DNA of 46,530 nt, filler included, from Sphacelaria rigidula (taxonomy: Eukaryota): assembly GCA_964200075.2 (NCBI GenBank). It is 2 parts of 2 records of this genome, joined end to end, with 100 filler letters (N's around TTAATTAATTAA, not from the genome) between each part and the next. Parts side by side here need not be neighbours in the genome. Positions count along the whole stretch, not along the records: positions 23,320 to 46,530 come from CAXNAA020000276.1; 1 more part is not named here. One strand, given 5' to 3'. Below, one piece after another: positions 37,701 to 46,530 of the stretch. How positions within the stretch are numbered: position 1 is the first letter of the stretch; every line of letters starts with the position of its first letter. Under the pieces are notes generated by a model. That model was not told where the DNA came from. It was given only the letters and a program-made list of their open reading frames with translations, and did not search any database. Position numbers and translations under genes: made by a program.

Positions 37701-40700
37701 TTCTCTCACCGGGCGATGTACCATTGACCATTGCAGACGAAGACATGAAGTGGAACGGATGGACTCCTGCGATCCAACCTGAATTTGTGTCAAAACGTCA
37801 ACAATGGTGAAAACCTGTGCATCGATTTCGAGTGTATGTACAAAGCTCAAAATTGTTGCATCGCCAGCTTGCAGTCGGAAGTCGTATTCGTGCTTGAAGT
37901 CCATCGTCTCCCGGTGGTGGCACATGCTGTATGCTTCGCCGTCTGGCAGACCCGGCCCTGTCGGTAGCCGCAGCCTTGGGGGTCCTCGCCTGGCCACTGA
38001 ATTTCTTCCTGGAGGGAGGGTTTAATATGTCCAACTGGGCGTTCGCATTCCCCCTTGACGCTCTCGCGGCCGCGTCTGTACTGGCTTACGACGGGTCCCG
38101 TCACGAAGCCATAAAGGTGCGATAGAACAACAGACAAAGGTTGTCAAAAATATTTTGTCTCTTCTTGTAGTGGTATGGGCTACTCGTGCATGACTATGCC
38201 CGAAGATCGGCACAGGGGCACACGTCTGAGGATGCGTATATCTGCTGGGCAATCTACGGCGTTCACGCACATGTTCACCTTTGTAATGCGTGAGAGGACC
38301 GCGTGCTTAGAGGATCGCATCGGAATTTGAACATCCTTATGGTCAGGGTTAGGGTTAGGGTTATGGTCAGGGGCGTAGTACCTGCAGGGACTGGCCCGAT
38401 TGGTTTCGAAAAACGTCGATCCTGAGGTGTTTTAAACTACGCCGCGGTCCTCTAAGCACGCGGTCCTCTCACGCATTACACCTTTCCCACGTTGACACCC
38501 AACGCCCCTATCACCACCTCCTTGAACAATATTGCTCATTTTACTTCATTGCATTCTACATGTATCTGTGGAACATCCATGAACCCCGACAGGTAATCTA
38601 CGTGATCGTGCTGACATCAGCCTGCTTAGTTAACGCCGTCAATCTCCTCGCCACGCTTGGTGCGCTGAAGGCCAGGAGCATTTTCACTCCATCGCCGAGG
38701 TGGTCCCCGCTGATCTTTGCAGAGATGATCCACGAGGCAAGTACTGTAAACCACCGGGGGCGTTCATTAAATCAGTGAAATACGTAAGGGCGGGGGAGAG
38801 GGCGGGTGTTATTTGCCTCGGGTTAGGGTTGACGCTAAAGCGGCGATCATTTCGGGGCTTGGAGGTTGTACCATGAACCTCAGGTATGTTTCATGTCTCC
38901 CAGAGCATTCACACAGCGCGTTTTTTGGCCGCGTGCTTTTAGGACCCCCTCGCTAACAGAAGCGTAAGGCACCTTTAGTCGCTGGAGCGCCAGGCTCAGG
39001 ATCCCCAAGTCGGGCCTGACCGCGGTACAGCGCTGTTGCAACGGACACCGAGGAGTAAGCTTTGTTTCAGAGTCTAGAAATCCAAAGAGAGCGTTACAAG
39101 AACCTCTACTTCATGCTGGGCAATTATCTGTTTCATTGGGTCTGGAGGTTGCCCGAACACATCCCGAGCTTAACGGCTGACCGAAAATATCTAGATACGT
39201 ATCACATCAAACCATTGCCCACGTGGGAACGAAAGGCTGTGTAGGTCCCACCGGAAGCAGGTTTCAGAGGATGGCTATAGTGCAATCTTCGTTCTTCTGC
39301 CGAAAATGAGGGAGACGATTATCTACATTGCGCGGGTTGGAGAACTCTAGTTAGTCCCAGTAACCCCATGGGCAAACGATCTCAGGAGGGGGATTCCGTT
39401 TATCCTTCGCTGCATTAGCCTATCACGGCTTGCACGTTCGGCGACATAATTTCACTTCATGGCGTGATATTCAGCGTTTCCCGTCCAGTTGGATAATGGA
39501 CGTAATTGTCGAGATCACCAACAAGGAGATTGTGAGCCTCAAACAGGCTTGCCTGCGTCATGCTTAGGGCTGAGGACTTCCCTGATTCATGTCGTGCTGG
39601 TGACCGCCCTCTTGATCTTATTCAGCAAAAGACTACAATTACAGCCCGCGTTGATCACATCACAGTCGGGGAAGACTCCATCGCAAGATCATCATGTTCA
39701 TCCTTGCCAACACTCATTCATCATCACGCTGCGGGTTTCCAGCGGTCTTGCTTGTTAAACAGTGTACGGTGGTGTCACAAGTTCGTGTTCAGGTATCCCA
39801 CTTTGCAGAGATTGCGAACCCCCACCATGTTGCATGAGCATGAGCAGTGCTGTGTGTTGGATAATCGTTCGCCGTTCACAGGCGTTCCGTGAGGCCGTTC
39901 CCAAGCTCGAGAAGCTTGCAGCGGCCACGAAGCCGGGTTTGACCGAGGTCTCCACTGTGCGCACGCTCGCTATTGCCTGGTCTGCCGTCAGCAAGGCGCA
40001 TGCTGTAAACACGAACGGCAAGGAGCGAGTGATATTCCCCGAGCTGGAGTCTTTTTTCCCGGGACAGGTAATTAACGCTCGTCGATCGGGCAGTTACTTG
40101 GTCGACGATCAAATGAGAGGGTCGAGTGTGCCACGTTCGGTTGAGGCGAGACTTGCGGCGCGCACTCTGAGGTTTCGTGCGAAGTTTGCCTTCGCTGTGC
40201 ACGATTCTCAGTTCTGGATGGCCGGGAGTGGGGGAAACAGGTTGTCTTGGGTTGCTTGCTCAGTAACACAACATGCAGGGTCGCCGCGCCGCTTCTTGTG
40301 TTTCGAGCGAGCTGGCTCAGAGCGCCCACTTTATAACCCAAGTACCCACAACTCGATCCTTATTGTGGAATACCCGTTCCTAAACGCGTTGGTATGCGTC
40401 CTCAAAACCGTCTTTCCATGAAGGTGATAACGTGAAGCACGGCGGTTTCCTCTCTCGCTCAGCACTGACACTATCGTGCAACCTCCATCTGGGACGTGGA
40501 ATCCCCGGAGGGACACCCATCTGAGATATCCATAATGCGCGAGGGAACCGCGTGCTTAGAGGACCGCATCGTGGTTCGAAAGAATTCAGGATCGATGTTT
40601 TAAAACCCAATCGGGTCAGTCCCTGCACAGTCCCTGCAGGGACCACGCCCTTGATCCTACCCCAATACTAACCCTAACCCTAACCCTGACCATAGGGATG

Positions 40701-43700
40701 CTCGAATTCCGATGCGTTCCTCTAAGCAAGCGGTCCTTTCAAGCAGTACAGTATCACAATCACAGCACATACATACCCAGATGGAAAATCAGATCCGTCT
40801 GGAATAGCGGTCTGAGATAGGGATATGGACATGCACCAGGGATGCCTCAAGTGTAGATCACAGGTGGACATCACAGCTAAATATTCATGTCCCAGATGGA
40901 CGTCCGTGTCCACGATGAATGTCCAGATCGTAGATGTTCATGACACTTTAGTTGGACATTGTACGATTACAGAAGGACTCCTTCGATGACAGCACGCGAC
41001 CGCTGCTACCAGTTGTGTGACGTCTTTTCCACGCTTTTTCTTAGCTTTCGCGTTTCGAGATCATCGTTCTTCTGTGAGTTTCCGTAAAACATTCCCTCGT
41101 GGCTGATACAGACAGAGGAGGCGGTCAAGAAACGCGAGGAACGCGAGGAGCTCATGTCGTCGGTGCAGATATCGCTCAACGTCCTTATGGATCGAGAGGG
41201 GAGGAGGTAAGTTCCTCACCATAACCCGTCTAACTGAAAAGCAGAGAAAATAGCACTCACGGTGATCACCGCAGATGTGGACGTAAGACCTACGTGTCGT
41301 GCAAGGCTTCTGCACGATAGTTCGGGCGCAGATTTCCAGCCCATTTCTCATGCTTCAAATGATTTATGTTGGGCCGGCGCGAATGCAGCGGCGGTGAGTA
41401 CGAGGACGAGTCCGTCCGTGCCGACGTACTTGGGGGACTGAGAGCTGATCTTCAAGACTTTGGAGCAGAACTCATTAGCGCCCTGGATGAAGAAGAGCTG
41501 GCGTTTGCCGCCCCCGTCGCCCGCAAGGTAGGCTGTCTCGTTTTGCATGCAGCAATGGCGATGATGCTCAGTAACTAATGGCTTCAGATATGTGTGTGTG
41601 AAATTTCATGAATTTGATTGTTGTTTCGCCGACGTTTCGGTCGTAAAGGCGTCACGCCATGGTGTCTGTAATGCGTGAGAGGACCGCGTGCTTAGAGGAC
41701 CGCGCCGTAGTTCAAAACACCTCAGGGTCGATGTTTTTCATAACCAATTGGGCCAGTTCCTGCAGGTACCACGCCCCTGACCATAACCCCAACATTAACC
41801 CTAACCCTAACCCTAACCATGGGGATGTTCAAATTCCGATGCGGTCCTCCAAGCACGCGGTCCTCTCACGCATTACAGTGTCAACGCGCGACAGCAACGA
41901 GCGCCTCGCATGGGCAAAGTTAGGGCTACCGACCATATTGATGTCGCTGTAATGCGTAAGAGGACCGCGTGCTTAGGGGACCGCATCGTAGTTCGGAACA
42001 CCTCAGGATCGACGCGTTTCAAAAGCAATCGGGTCAGTCCCTGCAAGGACCACGCCCCTGACCCTAACCCTACACTCACCATAGGGATGTTCAAGTTTCG
42101 ATGGGTCCTCTGAGTACGCGGTCCTCTCACGCAGTACAGTTACTGTTGTCATGGTCCGAAAGCAATCATATGAATGCCTACGTCTGGTTTAGCGCCTGTG
42201 ACCCGTCAGGTCGTCACCTTCATTCCGTTCAATGACCAGAAGGGTGTGTCAAGCGGGTAGACAGCAGCACCAGAGCCATCCGCGATCGCCACGTGAACAC
42301 ATACCAGCGATGCGCCTGGATGCGGAGGGAAGGGAAAGCATGACGCAGCGAGGATGCTTCTCGAAGACCTTACCTCGGATACCTCTCGATGACTCCGGTG
42401 TTGGCGGTTGGGTTACGGCTGTGTTTCACCGTGGACATGTCATCTGATGCTAGGGGAACGACATCGTCTGCCGGACTCGCAACTGTCTTACACGAGAAGG
42501 GGTTGTTACACTGGTATACGTGTTGTGCGGACACGTGATGATGCTGGAAATAGAAAGAAGCGGGCGCGCCCTGCATCGCTTTACCCTTTTGCGGTGATTA
42601 TTTTCGTTTCTTCTCACCTCGCGCTGGCCGTTGTCCTACACATCAATACTTGTACCTTGCTCGTTTTTGCGTGGAACCTTGTGCAGTACATACCCATCAG
42701 CACGAGCAAGGCCTTGGTGAGGAAGGTCTGGGACACCACCTCTAATTCGGACATGTCGGATCTCCTGGGATGGGTCATGATGACGCTCCGCATCCGTGGC
42801 CAGAGGGTGAGCGGTGCACGTGTATGTCGAAGTCGGATCATTATTATATCGCCGAGTTTCAATTGAATGTTGAGGCAATAATCACGTCCTGACCACCTCC
42901 GCGTGTATGGATGCAGCCTGATCTTACAACAGCCATGAGAAGAACCATAGACCTTTGTAAGCAAGTCGTTTCTTCATGTCGATTTACGTACGTTATTGCT
43001 GCAAGTTTGCTGATCTGACTCCCTGATGTCGAACATTCACTGATCCTCTACGCGCACACCTGTATTCACGAGATGAAAACAAATACGTACTCAAGACCAG
43101 ACAGAAACACTCGATGAACGAACTCGAAACCCGAATATGCGGCAGGATAGTAACAGAAGAAAATGGCAGGAGTAAAAGTGAAATGTTAGGGGGAACAAGT
43201 AGACCTCCCGACTATTGTTTAAAACAAGCACGGCCGCACCGTTATGCGTGGCCTGCGATGGGCAGGCCGTGAAACACGGCTGCGACTTTGCTACGGGAGG
43301 CGCACACCACTTGGCCACGTTCGTTTTCACACTGTTTTATACAGGAGCGAGGTACGCACAGGAGTTCAGCTTGTGGCAAAAGGAAAAAATAACGAGAAGG
43401 AGAAACAAATTTCATCATACTCTGGAACGATATTTGGATGGTGGTCACTCCCCGAACGAAACCGCTACGAGGAGGGGTAGCCAATCTTAGTCAAACACGT
43501 AGGGAGTATTTCCCTATTCCTCTTGCCCCTGCCTGCTGCACATGCTGCCACGAGCACACATTGAAATGTGGCCCTTATTGAGGGGGCAGAGCATGTGACA
43601 GGTGTAGATTTCCGAGCCAGAAGCGAATGCGGCCTGTTGTTCTCAACCTGGTCCCTCTATGAACAGTGTCCCCAATCGTAAAGTGAACCCGTCTACAGCT

Positions 43701-44027
43701 CCAGATGCCCCCACGCTTCTTTTCATTTGGTCGGAAGAAAATCTGGACGATTATCACGGTTCTCATTTCAGGGATATTTGGGTGTTGAGTACCCGGAGTG
43801 ATTGGAAACTTTTGACAAGCGCCTTCATGCCTTCCCACGCCCAATACGCCACCCAAACATGTCAGTCTCGGTTCCTGAAAGCGTGGGTCTGGGCGATGCC
43901 GGAACGTGCGCAGCAGCTAGGGCTGATGGTTTATCGCGTCGTCGATGATATCACCTGGGTCGAGGTGGCGCGCGACCTCCCCGAAATCGTCCCCCGTGGG
44001 CTCCCCGGGCACAGCCGCTACTACTAG
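28047..44027 (+). CDS. 17-exon gene, at least 736 aa: DUF4395-like N-terminal membrane domain + SLAC1/TDT-family anion channel + degenerate hemerythrin-like C-terminal domain (5' end unresolved)
   Basis: Exons 28047-28150, 29240-29345, 29724-29851, 30327-30411, 32656-32737, 33555-33658, 34041-34121, 34859-35043, 35460-35643, 37466-37604, 37950-38116, 38593-38736, 39882-40067, 41112-41206, 41389-41527, 42687-42806, 43866-44027. Total 2211 nt; every intron phase matches, there is no internal stop, and it ends GHSRYY*. Motifs: VDFALK..SPLG..KQFA..FCLGC; IRKEFNHP, PSWMLMPVSN, IWVAPP, FNMSNWAFAFPL; IHEAFR, KERVIFPEL, LDEEE. Confidence 0.9.
30650..30885. repeat. Intronic repeat family rich in CCATCTGGG/CCCAGATGG motifs (also ~36030-36400, ~37010-37150, ~40485-40930); this copy ends in a 41-bp-period duplication
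   Basis: atctggga/cccagat/gatatcc motifs recur in four introns. gaaattaatatcccagatttacgtctacaccactgat occurs at 30808 and 30849. Confidence 0.6.
31010..31219. mobile_element. TG...CA MITE with telomere-like core, copy A
   Basis: TIR taatgcgtgagaggaccgcgtgcttag, core ggttagggttagg, TSD ACGT. Confidence 0.9.
31741..31765. repeat. (AT)n microsatellite
   Basis: 25-bp pure AT run preceded by (AC)n. Confidence 0.9.
32914..33144. mobile_element. TG...CA MITE, copy B (diverged)
   Basis: tgagaggaccgcgtgctt...cactaacactaacactaaccctga...ctcacgcattaca. Confidence 0.8.
38282..38480. mobile_element. TG...CA MITE, copy C
   Basis: Perfect TIR tgtaatgcgtgagaggaccgcgtgcttagagga, core (ttaggg)n, TSD CCTT. 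Confidence 0.95.
40531..40750. mobile_element. TG...CA MITE, copy D, nested in a CCATCTGGG-type repeat
   Basis: Diverged TIRs, core ccctaaccctaaccctga, TSD (a/g)tatc. Confidence 0.85.
41667..41877. mobile_element. TG...CA MITE, copy E
   Basis: Near-perfect TIR, (ccctaa)3 core, TSD GTGTC. Confidence 0.95.
41948..42138. mobile_element. TG...CA MITE, copy F
   Basis: TIR tgtaatgcgtaagaggaccgcgtgcttag / cgcggtcctctcacgcagtaca, flanks gtcgc/gttac. Confidence 0.85.
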
Positions 44028-46530
44028 GGATGGTAGAACCCGATGATGATGCTACATAACTGAATGTCGAGCAATGCTTCGGTAGGAATGCACTTTTTGC
44101 GCGACATATTGTCTGGTTCAGGGCCTCCCAACGATTCTAGATTGCACGAGAATATGGGTCAAGGCATCCCCGTTTGCAAATTCATTCGGAATACCTCCAG
44201 CACGTTGAAAAAGTGATCCTTGCGTACCCTCCCATATTTTCGTAAGTGGCATTTATGATGAGATACAGGGCTTCTAACAGTTCAAAACTCAGAATAGATT
44301 TGTGCACCCTCACCGTAGCATCACTCTGTCGGAAAGAAGGGGGGAGGGGGGGGGGTTCATGCGGCTCTCTCTTTCGTCCTAAATTCATGGTGTAGACATG
44401 CTAAGTTTGGTGAACAAGTGCATGAAACGTGCACCATGGTTGGTGAGTGACATTTTGTTCCGATACGCAGGTTCCGCGGTGGAGAGACGGACGCGAGGGT
44501 TCCTGCCTAAGGTTGTATGATGTTGCGGTGTTTGTCCAAAGGGAGCATATGTTTCTCGAGAAACCCCAAGCCGCGAACAAGTACGGTCTCGGGGGTATTG
44601 TATAAGTCGTTCACTTACGTGAATATATGGTTGATATATTTCCGGTCAAATTTACAGAGAACCGGGTTAGGGAGTCAGGCTATTTTCCCACGGTAGTGTC
44701 CAACCAGTTGAGAGTTAGCTCACGTCTGCAGTAGGTAGTATTTGCCATGCAGGTGTATTCGTAGGACGACCTTGCGTCATTGAATATCGGTGATTGGTTT
44801 TAATGAAACATAATGTGATAGGCGATCAAGTACAAATCGTGCGTTTGTGATGAAGAGGTTTGGCAATCTGGATAGCGGTGCCACTTGGGGTGAGGATGAG
44901 AGGGGGTGAACCCGTGCTTCGTGTTTGGTTAACCGCTATAACCTTAGGCACGCATTCCCTGCTCTTTATTAGGGCGTGTAGTCGGCGAGGTCCTGGGAGG
45001 AGCAGCCATTGGGTAGAGGTCGCAGCAGTCGGACAAGAAAATTGTTGGCGATGTGCAAGAAAGCTACTGGTTGGTGGTATTCGTGTAAACTGCTCGTCGT
45101 CTTTATCCCACTACGTAAGGTTCAGAGCGTCCACCTCCATCAAAACCTGAATTTGTACACATGTTGAAAGTAGCGTGGTAGGTGTAGGTGAAAATACGTT
45201 GATATCGTGTAAAGTGGGAGCAGCAGAGGCTCTTTCAGCGTGCTATTCGTTGTCATACATTCATTTTGGCATTGCCGGTGCCGTTGCTGTTGATGGAGAA
45301 CAGTGGGCGAAGGTTTGATTGGATTTGAGTCGAAGTTGTATGTGTACCAATGTATCTTCACTACTTTCCAAGGTCATCGTCGGGTTTGAACAAAAAACCG
45401 AGGATGGCGGCGATGTTACGTCTATTGACCAGGTGCAAAATAAACCAATAATGCCATTGCAGGGACAACCCATGACATTGACGTTTTCGCAAGCTACGGT
45501 TGCATGATATATTGCCGACATCGTTTACTCAGTAGGGCAAGAACGTTTTCCTTTGACGACGTCGAGAGGGCGTCCCCTCGCTCGTACTGACCAAAATAGC
45601 CGTGTATCGATGGCCGACAACCTGCTTCGGGGCCCCTGCTGTGTGCTGCTGTCTCAAATGACACACTTTCTGACAATGAAACTTTGGTGTGAGGTTCACT
45701 CGCGTCTGCTGCGGAAGACCATAGTCAGACGGGTATTGATGGGCGCTTATTTGCCCTAAGACAAAACATGACACACAATATCTAACTTGACAACAACTGA
45801 ATGGGAGTGAGAAGAGTGACATCAGTAGGATCTTGAGATGATCGTACACGAGCTATGATCACTCTGGGAATAACAAGATTCGTCGTCGCGAGGGACACGT
45901 AGGTAAAAAAATATCGGATACCCTAGCTTAACTTGCTGATGTCGCATCAAGCTTGCCAGCATATTACTCTGTCTACCACAGGTTACGTGGCGTAGCTTTC
46001 GTACGGCGACAAAAAGGAATGACCACACGCTTTATGCCTAGGTATCCCACATACTCTGTGTTGTCATTCCATGAAATTCGGCGCCTATTTTAACCTCTCG
46101 CTACATTGGGCGTCGGCCGGGGTCAAACAGGCGGAAGGCCAACCCAGGAGGTCTTGATATAGTTTCGAGTTCTTACTCCGGCGTCCCAGGCTTGTGTCAG
46201 GATGTTGTTAAGCGTGCACTTCGATGCACGCGACAAGCTGTTCAAACAGATCAGTCCAATGATCTCTGCAAGGTTGTTTGGGTCGTGCCCGGAACAAGCC
46301 ACACCTGAAGATAACTTCACACAACAACACGTTGATATCCCCTTGATCTCAAAGACTCTTGTTCACTCGTATCCGTTATCGCTCTGTTCAATGCTTTTTC
46401 ACATTGCTCACCGAACTCTAGCAATGCTTCGCAGCAGGCTTCACCTCGGAAGTGTCTCGAGAACTGGGTGCTCGCTGACAATACCCTTTCTACCAAATTC
46501 ACAATCGATCTGATCGAAAGCCCGACCAGA

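Noticed and set aside
31010-42138. Recurrent ~33-bp palindromic repeats read as a CRISPR array or as true telomeres
   Set aside because: They are paired TIRs of dispersed elements with TSDs; there are no unique spacers and no cas genes. The TTAGGG tracts are only a few units long and internal.
45100-46530. Minus-strand gene at the window end
   Set aside because: Short frames interrupted by stops, with no recognisable motif or splice chain.

Overview
Eukaryotic, intron-rich, repeat-rich DNA. The gene architecture and repeat types are most consistent with a brown alga (Phaeophyceae); this is my inference, not a database result. An artificial 100-bp scaffold spacer (N44-TTAATTAATTAA-N44, 23220-23319) splits the window into two halves that may not be true neighbours. 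Left half: a Ty1/copia RT remnant, a decayed near-full-length RTE-type LINE on the minus strand with a nested foldback element, several MITEs and tRNA-derived SINEs (including two head-to-head SINE dimers), and a spliced plus-strand gene model combining an HMG-box, a long low-complexity linker and an unassigned C-terminal domain. Right half: a phase-consistent 17-exon plus-strand gene (28047-44027, at least 736 aa, 5' end unresolved) that the ORF track shows only as fragments. It encodes a DUF4395-like membrane domain (FCLGC), a SLAC1/TDT anion-channel domain and a hemerythrin-like domain that has lost most His ligands. Its introns hold six copies of a ~210-bp TG...CA inverted-repeat element carrying telomere-like (TTAGGG)n. 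Most ORFs in the supplied track are spurious or are exon fragments.
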